NCBI GenBank assembly: GCA_024687125.1
Contig: JAILFA010000036.1
Coordinates: 37,801-101,800 of the forward strand
Source: Lachnospiraceae bacterium
GTDB taxonomy: Bacteria; Bacillota; Clostridia; Lachnospirales; Lachnospiraceae
DNA length: 64,000 nt
Direction: 5' to 3'
In this document: positions 52,101 to 61,449 of the stretch, piece after piece
Layout of the letters: each line of letters starts with the position of its first letter
How positions within the stretch are numbered: position 1 is the first letter of the stretch
Made by a program: the position numbers and the translations under genes
The notes under the pieces: generated by a model
Told to the model about the DNA's origin: nothing
Seen by the model: the letters and a program-made list of their open reading frames with translations, nothing else
The model's database searches: none

Positions 52101-53069
52101 GTCTTTGATCCCATTCCTGAGGTTTTTGACACGATCCCGCTTTATCCTGTCCACCGCGTCGTCACGTTTTGCGGAAAGTTTGCCGAACAGTTCGTGATCC
52201 AGCAGATGATCATACATCTCGGGGAAAGATTCCAATGCGGCCAGTGCGGTAAGTGATTCAATATCATCTGTTATTGTATCAGCGTACATATAAGGTCCGC
52301 CCGGCATACCGGCAATCCTGAGGAGCTTTTCCAGTTCCCGAATGCAGTCCCTGAGCTCCTCCCGGATCCTGACAGTCACACCGGTGACCCATGCCGGTGT
52401 CTTACTGCCTGGCGTAAAAAGTTCTTCATCCGCGGTCAGCGTGTTCAGAAGTTCCTTCAGACTCCGCATGGGCCAGGGCATGCTCTTCGCATAGCGGTAG
52501 AGCTTCATGATCTCCGTTTCCGCGGGCTCATCGCCCGCTCCCCCGGACAGACAGTCCATGCACCTCAGGAACTCCGGTGTCCCCTCGGCATACGCGTCCT
52601 CCAGGACCTGCGCCAGCACCTCCTGTTCAAGAAGCTTCATCTCCCCCTCGTCGCTCACGCGAAAAGACGGATCCAGACCGATCGCGGAAAAGTTGTTGCG
52701 GAGCAGATACTGGCAGAACGCGTCGATCGTCATGATCTTTGCGTGCGGAAGCAGCATCTCCTGTCTCCGAAGATGACGGTTGTCCGGCTGTGCGGCGATC
52801 CTCTTTGCGAGCGCGCCCGCGATCTTTTCCCGCATACCGGATGCGGCTGCCCTGGTAAAGGTCACCACAAGGATCCTGTCGATGTCACAGGGAGGATCAT
52901 CCTCTGCGATACGTCTGACAATGCGTTCCGCAAGTACCGCGGTCTTGCCGGAGCCGGCAGCCGCAGACACGAGCAGATCACAGCCTCCGGCCCTGATCAC
53001 CTCCAGTTGTTCATCCGTAAAGGAGAATCCCTCTTTTTTCTGATCGTCTGTCATTTCCATTCCGTTCAT
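49194..53069 (-). CDS. addA: Helicase-nuclease AddA
   Basis: SAAAGSGKT, VDEYQD, GDIKQSIYRFR, SIHKSKGLEF, YVAMTRAK, QGVID...DYKT. Confidence 0.96.
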   Translation of the reverse strand: MNGMEMTDDQKKEGFSFTDEQLEVIRAGGCDLLVSAAAGSGKTAVLAERIVRRIAEDDPPCDIDRILVVTFTRAAASGMREKIAGALAKRIAAQPDNRHLRRQEMLLPHAKIMTIDAFCQYLLRNNFSAIGLDPSFRVSDEGEMKLLEQEVLAQVLEDAYAEGTPEFLRCMDCLSGGAGDEPAETEIMKLYRYAKSMPWPMRSLKELLNTLTADEELFTPGSKTPAWVTGVTVRIREELRDCIRELEKLLRIAGMPGGPYMYADTITDDIESLTALAALESFPEMYDHLLDHELFGKLSAKRDDAVDRIKRDRVKNLRNGIKDAVGKNIKRYFNTPPREFAAREKKAAEMTRELVLLTMEFITRLDEKKREKNLIDFSDMEHLALQVLLDEPEEGKSISEAQPTKTALAYAEFYREIMVDEYQDSNMIQELILDAVSARRLGRPDRFMVGDIKQSIYRFRLARPEIFAEKMHRFGGEDPSERRIDLHRNFRSRPEILDAVNAVHERIMAANIGGVDYDEDAHLVPGIPCPEDEDGEFIPELLLISRDGQAAEKTSDRAEQADADTGTDSAEPDDNDTEAGDPEEMSGVLTGAEKAAEELEAGVVADRILQLMEKGRVRDGDSGMRPVRYGDIVILLRTASGVDEIYRDVLTARGIPVHMESKAGYFGTIEIRLLIDLLHAIENPFRDIPLAAVMHSFIGGFSDEELAEIRTADLRDGHGFYEALTARSKNDGQDPLSVKCRAFLKELEDFRDRSMRMSVHDLLEEILAQTRYLEIVSAMPGGRRRQANVRMLLIRAAAFAASGGHGLAAFTQRLEQYRLAEIDLGEASTLSEDADLVRLMSIHKSKGLEFPIVFVSGLARQFNRMDENGTVLVDEHAGIGAKCVDSETRVSVSTLKRLAVADRIREESLGEEIRVLYVAMTRAKDRLIMTGLLAQNKAEALLEEIARINAQGSGQRDQTAVSYRSRYRAQSFLDLLTAAMREGGVPIRAELAVLREAADECTGGSAVIPPAMSSKTGRKEALTSVVNTSNNKCYQNAELREKLAFSYTHSDLERLFVKTTVTELKERILAEESEGPGRNELYRSIPEPPTASEDRNTTRQLTGAERGTAYHKVMELLDAEILDQIDVSNHDLISESCDNIRNIVKKWMIKQEQKKRLQEGASETVRPDDVLKFLADPLGIRFAEAYRRGELCREKQFMMGMDAADVQKGLPAGEMVLIQGVIDVYFTEGESIILLDYKTDRITGDASELAEKYGVQLALYADALERVTGRKVTERWIWSFTAGRAVPVREN

Positions 53070-56000
53070 CCGCCGATCTCTTCCCGGATCCTCTGCATGG
53101 CATCGTTTTCGTTCATCTCCCTGAATTCCCGGAAGGAGTATCCGTCCACCTGTACATCAAAGCCGCAGACACCGCGATACGCGCAGAATCTGCAGGGCTC
53201 CTTCTTTTTATAGCGATAAGGGGACACCGCGATCTCACCGCCGCGGATCCTGGACCCCAGCGATCGGACTGTCTCTCCGACATAGCGCGCGGCAAGCCCG
53301 ATATCCTCTCCGGACAGCACGTGCGAGTTGGCGGAAAGGGAACCGCCCTTGACAAGCTTCACCGGAATGATGTCCGAGGCACCCGTCGTCATAAGATCGC
53401 TGTCCATAAGTGAAAGCACCGCGGGATCACTGTTCACGATCCCGGTGAAGGCGAGCTTTTTCCGAAGCATGCCATTAATATCGCCCGTTATTTTTTCGCG
53501 GTCCCCCGCGATCATCGGATCCTGAACCCGATAATAGAGCATGCCGGCAGGGGATACCTCCAGCTGCGGCTCAAGTCTTCTCTGTTCCCGGAGGGCAACA
53601 GCCAGATAGAGCGGCAGCTGCAGCTCTACGCCGTGCACGAGCAGTGTCGGATCAAATTTCCGGCTGCCGGATTTGTAGTCGACGACACGCAGATACTTTA
53701 CGCCCTCACTGACACAGATATCCAGACGGTCGATCCTGCCCTTAAGGATCATGGAATCCGTGATCTGTTCACGAAAGCTCCTTTCGGAAAACGCCGGCAT
53801 AAAGCTTCCCTTGCCGATCTGATACTGCAGGGTGTCCACCGTGCGCAGCAGGATCCGCCGGATCCTCTGCAGCATATATAAATAACGCTTGTTACTTAAA
53901 AGGATGTTGTTTCTGTACTGCTCAGCGTAGCCTTTGAGCGCTTCATCGATGAACTCCGCTGCCTGCGCGGAGGAGAAGCTGCGCCAGTCCAGACCGTGCC
54001 CCGTGAGCGCATGATCGAACTGCTCGAGTGCCGAGTGATAGATATTGCCGACATCTGCCGGATTCAGGAGATAACGCTCCTCTTCCCTGAGGCGCAGACC
54101 ATAGTCCGCGAAGTGCGCATAAGGACAGGAGGCAAATTCCTCCAGCCTGCGCACGCTGTTTTCCATGACCTCACCATATAAAATATCAGCTGTTTTTTTA
54201 TCGATGGAGGACGGCTGATAGGTGCGATACGCGGCCCGGACCAGTTCGCCGAGGATCGCGTGCGCCTCCTCACCCGTCCGGACAAGCTCCGCCGCAACGC
54301 TTAAATATTCCTTTGCCTCTTCGGAATCCATTCGTCCGTCAGCGAAATCCCGCATCCCCGCGGAGAGAAGCACCGCCGTGTTCGCAGGAGTCTCCGCGCG
54401 TTCGGTAAGGGACAGCTGCTGCGCCTGCCGGACAGCGAGTCCGGGATACATCGACCGCAGCCTCCGGATCAGCTCCGCGGGTCTGAGACTCCTGCCGTCC
54501 ATTCCCATGAGCGACCAGGAAAGACACAGCGTCTGTGAAGGTCTCGTAAGGTTCAGGTACAGGTATTCCCGTTCGTAGGCGAGCTTCTGTGCGGGACCGG
54601 GAGCCAGTTCCACGCCGGTCCCCGCCTGCGCGAGAAACTCCCTGTCGATCTCGTTTAAGATGCCGCCGCCCGCATCACTCTTGGGAAGCAGGGTATCATT
54701 GACGCCGAGGAAGAAGATGATCTTCTTTTCCCCAAGTCTGGTACGTTCCATATCGCCGACGATCACGCGGTCGATGCTCGCCGGTAACATACCAATTGAT
54801 ATTTTATTAATCCCGACACGCAGCAGATCCAGATACTCCCGCACACTGACGGTCTGATCACCGAGCAGAGCCACCATCTGATCGATCAGTTCCAGCATTC
54901 GCGGACAGATCTGCTCATATTCTCGGGCCAATGCCGTCTGACCTGTCTCCTGCATGGAGACAGCCATATTCGCAAGCTGCTCTCCGACCCCCAGATTCCT
55001 GAGAAGTTCCTCAAGAGCCTGCGAAAAGCCCCGTACATTCCCTGCCCTGCTGTCATACATCGGAGCGATCAGTCCTGTCAGCCGCTCGCGAAGGCTGTTC
55101 ATCTGTGTGAGCAGTTCGCTCTGCTCTTTCTCTTCGCGATGCAGCCAGACTGTCCTTAAGAACCTGTCCTCCCAGCGCTTTCTTCCCCGGATCCCGAGTG
55201 TCTCCAGATAGATCTGCATGCGGTCCACCGCTTCCCGGGAAAATCCGGTGAGCGGGCAGCGCATGAACCTGAGGACAGCCGCCGGGGTGTAATCATCCCG
55301 CAGGATCTCCAGGGCGCTCTCCACGCATTCCACCAGAGGATCCATCTCCACTCTGCCGGTCCGGTCGAGGTAGACCGGGATCCCGTACAGTGCTGCCGTC
55401 TTTTCCATGAGCGGTCCGTAGGTCTCCGGATCGGTGGAAAGCACCGCGAACTGCTCATAGGTAAGGCTCTCATCTCTCCGCAGCGCTCTGCGGATCTGCA
55501 GACAGCACATGGCACATTCTTCCGCGGGATCCGCCGCCTCGGTGAGCAGCAGAGAGTCTCCTGTCTCCCCCGTAAAAACCCGCTGCTCCCGGAACAGATT
55601 CTCCTCGAGGTGCGAAAGCGGCGGATTCTGTTCCAACCGTTTGACGGGATGACCGTCCAATATAATATCATCTGATATTTTATCTTTTCCGACGAGTCTT
55701 GTCAGATCAGCCACGGTCCTGTAGGTCAGGGAAAAGACACTGTCCTCCGGCCCGCGGGCACCTGTAAGCTCTGCGGGATCCATGACCAGAGAGATCGTGA
55801 GACTCCTGGCAGTCTGCAGGATAGATAATAACACCTGATATTGAATTGGGGTAAAGCCGGTGAAGCCGTCCATCACGACTACGGAATCGCGGAGAAGCTC
55901 CGAATCCGGGATCTTTTCCGCGAGGATCTGAAAGGTCTCCTCAGCGGTGGTAAAATGCCCGGCCAGATACTCCCCAAAGGCGATCTGGATCCTTCTGATC

Positions 56001-56470
56001 TCACTGAGCCTCGCCGCGAGCTGTCCGTGCAGACCGCATACCCCGATCAGACGCTCGAGGTCCCCGGAGGTGATCCTGTACTGCAGAAACTCGGAGAGAA
56101 TGGATTTGATCTCGTCGATGAAACCCGGCTGGCGCAGGCGGGATCCGAACATCGGAAGCTCATCCCGGATCTGCTCCGCGACATGCCGGAGCACCAGCGT
56201 TTTGCCCATGTCATCGAGCACGGGGACATCGGGGCCTCCGAGTTCATCAAATATACGGTATCTGAGCCTGGAAAGACTGAGCACGTCGATGTTCATGATC
56301 GCGTGCCTGGGATGCAGCTTCACAACATCGCGCTGTGCCTGCATGGTGAACTGATCAGGGACAATGATGAAAAACCGGGTATCCGGTGACTGGATGCTTT
56401 CTTCGATCACCTTCCGGTACAGGGTCGTACTCTTCCCTGCACCGGAGGCTCCGAAGCAGAAATGAAGCAT
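53066..56470 (-). CDS. addB: Helicase-nuclease AddB
   Basis: GASGAGKS, IVPDQF, DGFTGFT, CPYAHF, GRIDRLD, DYKSG, C-terminal CxxCxxxxxC. Confidence 0.95.
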   Translation of the reverse strand: MLHFCFGASGAGKSTTLYRKVIEESIQSPDTRFFIIVPDQFTMQAQRDVVKLHPRHAIMNIDVLSLSRLRYRIFDELGGPDVPVLDDMGKTLVLRHVAEQIRDELPMFGSRLRQPGFIDEIKSILSEFLQYRITSGDLERLIGVCGLHGQLAARLSEIRRIQIAFGEYLAGHFTTAEETFQILAEKIPDSELLRDSVVVMDGFTGFTPIQYQVLLSILQTARSLTISLVMDPAELTGARGPEDSVFSLTYRTVADLTRLVGKDKISDDIILDGHPVKRLEQNPPLSHLEENLFREQRVFTGETGDSLLLTEAADPAEECAMCCLQIRRALRRDESLTYEQFAVLSTDPETYGPLMEKTAALYGIPVYLDRTGRVEMDPLVECVESALEILRDDYTPAAVLRFMRCPLTGFSREAVDRMQIYLETLGIRGRKRWEDRFLRTVWLHREEKEQSELLTQMNSLRERLTGLIAPMYDSRAGNVRGFSQALEELLRNLGVGEQLANMAVSMQETGQTALAREYEQICPRMLELIDQMVALLGDQTVSVREYLDLLRVGINKISIGMLPASIDRVIVGDMERTRLGEKKIIFFLGVNDTLLPKSDAGGGILNEIDREFLAQAGTGVELAPGPAQKLAYEREYLYLNLTRPSQTLCLSWSLMGMDGRSLRPAELIRRLRSMYPGLAVRQAQQLSLTERAETPANTAVLLSAGMRDFADGRMDSEEAKEYLSVAAELVRTGEEAHAILGELVRAAYRTYQPSSIDKKTADILYGEVMENSVRRLEEFASCPYAHFADYGLRLREEERYLLNPADVGNIYHSALEQFDHALTGHGLDWRSFSSAQAAEFIDEALKGYAEQYRNNILLSNKRYLYMLQRIRRILLRTVDTLQYQIGKGSFMPAFSERSFREQITDSMILKGRIDRLDICVSEGVKYLRVVDYKSGSRKFDPTLLVHGVELQLPLYLAVALREQRRLEPQLEVSPAGMLYYRVQDPMIAGDREKITGDINGMLRKKLAFTGIVNSDPAVLSLMDSDLMTTGASDIIPVKLVKGGSLSANSHVLSGEDIGLAARYVGETVRSLGSRIRGGEIAVSPYRYKKKEPCRFCAYRGVCGFDVQVDGYSFREFREMNENDAMQRIREEIGG

Positions 56471-57649
56471 TTAATGATGGAAGAGCCTGAGGCCCGTGAA
56501 GCACATTACCATATCATGCGCATCCGCAGAGGCGATGACATGGTCATCACGGACCGAGCCGCCGGGCTCCGCCACATAGGAGACACCGGATCTCGCCGCG
56601 CGTTCGATATTATCGCCGAACGGGAAGAAGGCATCGCTGCCGAGGGAAACACCGCTGCCGCGCTTCAGCCAGGCTCGCTTTTCTTCAGCCGTGAACGGAT
56701 CGGGACGGACGGAGAACAGTGCCTGCCACTTGCCGTCGGCCAGGACATCGTCCGCGTCCTCACCCAGATAGAGATCGATCGCATTATCACGGTCCGGTCT
56801 GCGCACATCGGCGAGGAACGGGAGTTCCAGCACCTGCGGTGCCTGCCGCAGGAACCAGCGGTCCGCTTTGTCCCCGGCCAGTCTTGTGCAGTGAATACGT
56901 GACTGCTGTCCCGCACCGATGCCGATTGCCTGACCGCCCTTTGCGTAGCAGACGGAATTGGACTGCGTATACTTGAGCGTGATCAGAGAAAGCAGCAGAT
57001 CATCCTTTGCGTCATCCGGCAGGTTTTGATTCTTCGTTACGATATTCTTAAGAAGGCTCTCGTCGATCACCTGGTTGTTATGACCCTGGGCAAAGGTGAC
57101 GCCGAACACGGTCTTGGTCTCGAGCTCCGCCGGCCTGTAGCCGCGGTCGACACGGATGACAGCATAGCCGCCCTTCTTTTTCTCCTTAAGGATCTCCAGA
57201 GCTTCCGGTGTGTAGTCGGGGGCGATGATACCGTCGGAAACCTCACGCTTGAGAAGTCTGGCCGTATCTTCGTCACAGGTATTGGAGAGGGACACGAAAT
57301 CCCCAAAGGAGCTCATGCGGTCCGCGCCGCGTGCACGCGCATAGGCACTCGCCATCGGAGACAGCGCGCCCAGATCGTCCACCTGGTAGATCTTTCTCTC
57401 GATGTCGCTGAGTTCCCGTCCGATCGCCGCGCCGGCGGGGCTGACATGCTTAAAGGAAGTCGCCGCCACCTGACCGGTCGCCGCCTGCAGTTCCGAGACC
57501 AGCTGCCACCCGTTAAACGCGTCCAGCAGATTAATGTAGCCGGGTCGGCCGTTCAGTACCTCGATCGGCAGCTCCGAGCCGTCCTCCATGTAAATACGGG
57601 ACGGTTTCTGGTTGGGGTTGCAGCCGTATTTCAATTCCAGTTCTTTCAT
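56471..57649 (-). CDS. Stand-alone AICAR transformylase (PurH C-terminal domain only)
   Basis: LKYGCNPNQ, SFKHVSPAG, YTQSNS, GQQSRIHC, SDAFFPF; lacks the N-terminal IMPCH/MGS domain. Confidence 0.92.
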   Translation of the reverse strand: MKELELKYGCNPNQKPSRIYMEDGSELPIEVLNGRPGYINLLDAFNGWQLVSELQAATGQVAATSFKHVSPAGAAIGRELSDIERKIYQVDDLGALSPMASAYARARGADRMSSFGDFVSLSNTCDEDTARLLKREVSDGIIAPDYTPEALEILKEKKKGGYAVIRVDRGYRPAELETKTVFGVTFAQGHNNQVIDESLLKNIVTKNQNLPDDAKDDLLLSLITLKYTQSNSVCYAKGGQAIGIGAGQQSRIHCTRLAGDKADRWFLRQAPQVLELPFLADVRRPDRDNAIDLYLGEDADDVLADGKWQALFSVRPDPFTAEEKRAWLKRGSGVSLGSDAFFPFGDNIERAARSGVSYVAEPGGSVRDDHVIASADAHDMVMCFTGLRLFHH

Positions 57650-57667
57650 TAAATAACCTCCGATATT

Positions 57668-58375
57668 TTATTTGTTCTTGTTGATGATCCTGGATACGGC
57701 CTCACCGGTCTGAAGATCGATGAACCGCGTGAAGAGAGAAACCTTGTTCTCCTCGTTGAGAGCCGTCCAGATGCTGTCCGTAAACCCGTCAAGGTCATTG
57801 CCGATCCCGACCGCCTTGGGTTCACCCGCATAACTCGGCAGTGGATCGCCGTCCCCGGCGTAGGTGTGAATAAAATGTCCCTCGCCGGCCGCCGGATTAC
57901 CGTAGGCAAAATAGAAGCGCTGACAGGAGGAAGGATCTCCGCCGCGGGATTTGATGATCGAAAGCTGGTAGTCATAGTGGCCGCCGGTCACATGCAGCAG
58001 TGCCGAAATGCGGGGTGTGAAATTCGGAGCGTCGGGCTCGAATTCCCGGGTTGAGAGTGCCTCCGCCCAGGTCATCTGCGCATCCAGCCCGGCAACGATC
58101 GTATCGGTCTGGTCGCCGTTCGTCACAACGGTATAATTGCCGATGGTGCGCACCGGCGCGTAGATGATCAGGCTGGGATCCTTCATCTTCGCAGGATCAA
58201 AGGCCTCCGTGCGGATCCCGGTACCATCGGTGACAAAAATGCGGTTCCGGCTGTTCTCACTTCTCCCCATAATAAAATAGGCGATCGCGGCATGAGTTCC
58301 ATCCTCTGTAAGTCCGACCACGATCCCCCGTCCGGGATAGCTGTTACCCTGCAATTCTCTGACAAGTTCCATCAC
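57668..58375 (-). CDS. IMP cyclohydrolase-like protein (PurO fold)
   Basis: YPGRGI, YFIMGRSENSRNR, VTNGDQTD, EPDAPNFTPRIS; adjacent to the AICAR transformylase. Confidence 0.88.
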   Translation of the reverse strand: MMELVRELQGNSYPGRGIVVGLTEDGTHAAIAYFIMGRSENSRNRIFVTDGTGIRTEAFDPAKMKDPSLIIYAPVRTIGNYTVVTNGDQTDTIVAGLDAQMTWAEALSTREFEPDAPNFTPRISALLHVTGGHYDYQLSIIKSRGGDPSSCQRFYFAYGNPAAGEGHFIHTYAGDGDPLPSYAGEPKAVGIGNDLDGFTDSIWTALNEENKVSLFTRFIDLQTGEAVSRIINKNK

Positions 58376-59790
58376 ATAACGCCTCCTGTACGCTGTGCTC
58401 CGTCCCCGGCGTCAGGTTCGACCGTGCCGCCCGCTCCGGGTTCCGTTTCCGTATTGCCTGTGTCACCGTTTTCATCCGCAGACTGCCCGTCCGTCCCGGG
58501 TTCCGTCTGTCCCTCCCCGTCTCTGGTGTTTTCCTGCGCAGCTTTTGCGGCAGCGCTCTTCTGCTTGGCCTGCTCGATAAACTGTTCGGAAAAGACCTCC
58601 GACAGTTCGGTCACGTACGCATCATGCGTTATCTCAGCAGCTTCCTCACCGTCATACCGGTAGTAGTGCAGCTCATCCTTGAGCGAGTTGGTCGCGGATA
58701 CAACCCTCTCCGTCTGCGACAGCGCATAGAATTTTCCGGTGGAAGGGATATAGGCCAGTTCATTGAAGATGGCTTCACGCTGTGAGGTGCGCGTCCAGTC
58801 GATGATCACCAGCAGTACCTCTCCGGATGCGGGATCATGCTCCGCATAGATCGTCGTGTTCATATCTGCCGGCTGGATCGCGGAGAAGTCAAACTGCTCC
58901 TCACCCAGTTCATCGGTCACGGTCGCGTACTCCTCGATCCGGTACAGGAACAGATCGTGCTGTACGACCTTCATCGCTGCCGGGAAGTTGGCGCCCGCCA
59001 TGGCATCATTGAGTTCCTTGATAAAGACATCCGGCAGGAAGGTGTCGGCATTGTCCTGCGCGTACTGATCGCGTATCTTTTCAAGATCCTCATTGCCAGT
59101 CGCGTCGATCCCCTCCTCAAGAACCGCGACGGCAGCTTCCGGATCCGCTTCGGACTCCATCAGCTCCGCCATCAGTTCATAAACGGGTGCCGTATCGATA
59201 TTCTCAACGGTCAGAAGTCTTCCGTAAATGGACATGGCCGTATTGGTGTCGGAATTGCGGGCCTCCTCGAGCATTCCGTCGACGACCAGTGCCCGGATCA
59301 GCGATGCTTCATTCTTATCGCCGGTCACCTGCTCAACAGTATCAGCCACGGAAAACGCGCCGTCATAGTCCTTCTGCTCCACACGTTCGATCGCGCGCTC
59401 CTCGAGAAGTCTTTCCAGCGGCTCCTTGTAGGTGGCGAGCTTATCAGCGGCGCGCCCGTACAGTTCCACGGCTTCCTCCGTGTCCTGTGACTGGATGGCA
59501 ACCTCCATCAGGCCGCGATAGGCCTCCTCATTGTCCTCGTCCTGCGCGAGCACCCGCCTGAACTCCGTGACGGCACGGGAATAATTGGCCTTGGCAAGGT
59601 ACTCCCGGCCGTACTTGAGGTTGTGCGCCAGACGGCTGGCGGGATTGTACATGAACCAGGTCATGAAGATAAAGACGCCTACCAGAAACGCGCAGAAAAC
59701 ACTCCAGAGCGCGATGATCGCCTTCTCTGCGGGTGTGTGGATGATCTTCCGATGTTTCGGTGCTGTCCTCTTTTTTCGAATCTTTCGCAT
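58372..59790 (-). CDS. Membrane-anchored TPR protein
   Basis: Basic N-terminus, TM helix, TPR-like helices, acidic tail. Confidence 0.75.
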   Translation of the reverse strand: MRKIRKKRTAPKHRKIIHTPAEKAIIALWSVFCAFLVGVFIFMTWFMYNPASRLAHNLKYGREYLAKANYSRAVTEFRRVLAQDEDNEEAYRGLMEVAIQSQDTEEAVELYGRAADKLATYKEPLERLLEERAIERVEQKDYDGAFSVADTVEQVTGDKNEASLIRALVVDGMLEEARNSDTNTAMSIYGRLLTVENIDTAPVYELMAELMESEADPEAAVAVLEEGIDATGNEDLEKIRDQYAQDNADTFLPDVFIKELNDAMAGANFPAAMKVVQHDLFLYRIEEYATVTDELGEEQFDFSAIQPADMNTTIYAEHDPASGEVLLVIIDWTRTSQREAIFNELAYIPSTGKFYALSQTERVVSATNSLKDELHYYRYDGEEAAEITHDAYVTELSEVFSEQFIEQAKQKSAAAKAAQENTRDGEGQTEPGTDGQSADENGDTGNTETEPGAGGTVEPDAGDGAQRTGGVM

Positions 59791-59925
59791 ATGTCTGAGT
59801 GGTCTTTAGCGGACACTTTCCTAAATATAGATTATACGGAAAGAGCAAGTGAAAAACAACGAAAAAACGTTATATATCAGAAGTTATTTTTTAATTTCTT
59901 TTTATTTCGATCAAATTTTCCGCAA

Positions 59926-59954
59926 TTGACACCAGTACATGTTCATTTTATGAT
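59926..59954 (+). promoter_or_regulatory. Sigma-A promoter, probably leaderless transcript
   Basis: TTGACA-17-TATGAT, then 7 nt to the ATG at 59962; no SD. Confidence 0.8.
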
Positions 59955-59961
59955 AAAGTGT

Positions 59962-61449
59962 ATGCGAAAAATACTCACAGTTGGAAAATGGATCCTGTTT
60001 CTGATCCTGCTGATCGCCGCTGTCGCCGTCGCCGCACGGATCACCGGGCGGAAAGCGAGCGAGCGCAAATATGCGGATCTTTACGCCGCGGACAACGCGG
60101 ATGTCCTGTTCCTCGGCTCCTCCCACCTGATCAACGCCGTCAATCCCGTGCAGCTCTATCAGGAGTACGGGATCGCTTCCTATAATCTCGGCGGGCACGG
60201 AAGTATCCTGCCCGCGACCTACTATGAGCTGCTCTGCGCGCTGGACGTCTTTTCCCCGCAGCTGGTCGTCGTCGACTGCTACATGATGGACAGGGATTAT
60301 CACTATGTCGACATCATGACCGACGACTTTACGGACGAAGACCGTGCAAGCTCCGTGAGCCAGCTTCATCTCAACCTCGATGTCTTTCCCCTCTCCCGCA
60401 CCAAGCTGCACGCCGTGCGGGATCTGATCTCCGATCAGAGCATACAGATGGAGTTTCTTTTCCCCTTTATCACTTACCACAGCCGCTGGTCCGAACTGGA
60501 AGGCGACGACTTTGCCCCCTCCTCCGCTTCCGCAAAGGCCAACCATCTGCTGGGTGCGGAAATCCGCATGAACGTCGCCTGGCAGATCGCCCCGCATACC
60601 ATGGGAGACGATGAACTGTCCGACGAGCCCCACATGGGCGAGCAGTATCTGCAGATGATCCTGCAGACGTGCCGTGAACGGGGGATCGATGTCGCCCTGA
60701 CCTTCCTCCCCTGCAATTCCACAGCCGTCGACCGTCAGATGGCGGCCAGGATGGAAGCGGTCGCCCAGGCTGAAGGCATTCCCGCCCTGAACATGCTGGA
60801 GGACGACCCGACGGATCTGCATACCGATTATAATGATGAAGGACACCTGAACCTGCTCGGTATGACCAGAACGACAGACAGGATCGGTTCCTTCCTGCGG
60901 GACGCGTACGCTCTGCCCGACAGACGCGGCGATGCCGCCTATCAGCTCTGGGCAGACCGCGCCGCGGAATATGACCGGAGCTGCCGGGAACAGCTGTCGG
61001 AATCGACGTCTCTGACGGAAGCGCTGCTCCTTCTGGCCGGTTCTCCAGACGCGCTAAGCGCCGTTCTCTATCTGTCCGGATCCGGAAAAGCCGTCGCCGA
61101 CCCGGCCGTCCTGCACCTGACGGACGCTCTTGCTCCGGGAAACACTCTGCGGGATGCGCCTCCGGAAAGCCCCCTCCTGCTCGTGCTGCCGTCCTCCGGC
61201 GAAGCGCTCGGGTTCGCCGGATATCAGGTGACAGACTGGGAGGAAAGCGCGATCGGTCCTCTCGAGGTCATCCAGGTTGAAAACTTTACCGGCGTTTATC
61301 TGCATCATGACGAATCCGACAACCTGCTGAACATGGACGAGGAACGTCTGGCCGACGCTCAGCTGATCCTGCTCTCCGCGGACGGATCCGAAATAGAAGA
61401 ACATTTGATATTTAATTATCCCCGAATGATAACAGGCGATACCGAATGA
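59962..61449 (+). CDS. Exported SGNH-like protein (DltD/AlgJ-like fold possible)
   Basis: N-terminal TM; FLGSSH, SYNLG, DEGHLN motifs; start is 59962, not 59623. Confidence 0.75.
   Translation: MRKILTVGKWILFLILLIAAVAVAARITGRKASERKYADLYAADNADVLFLGSSHLINAVNPVQLYQEYGIASYNLGGHGSILPATYYELLCALDVFSPQLVVVDCYMMDRDYHYVDIMTDDFTDEDRASSVSQLHLNLDVFPLSRTKLHAVRDLISDQSIQMEFLFPFITYHSRWSELEGDDFAPSSASAKANHLLGAEIRMNVAWQIAPHTMGDDELSDEPHMGEQYLQMILQTCRERGIDVALTFLPCNSTAVDRQMAARMEAVAQAEGIPALNMLEDDPTDLHTDYNDEGHLNLLGMTRTTDRIGSFLRDAYALPDRRGDAAYQLWADRAAEYDRSCREQLSESTSLTEALLLLAGSPDALSAVLYLSGSGKAVADPAVLHLTDALAPGNTLRDAPPESPLLLVLPSSGEALGFAGYQVTDWEESAIGPLEVIQVENFTGVYLHHDESDNLLNMDEERLADAQLILLSADGSEIEEHLIFNYPRMITGDTE

Noticed and set aside
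59791-59961. Divergent strand switch as a possible oriC
   Set aside because: No dnaA/dnaN and no DnaA-box array, and the plus strand still looks C-rich to the right; best explained as a divergent promoter region.
61380-61446. yybP-ykoY manganese riboswitch before mntP
   Set aside because: There is no intergenic space; mntP overlaps the upstream stop codon.
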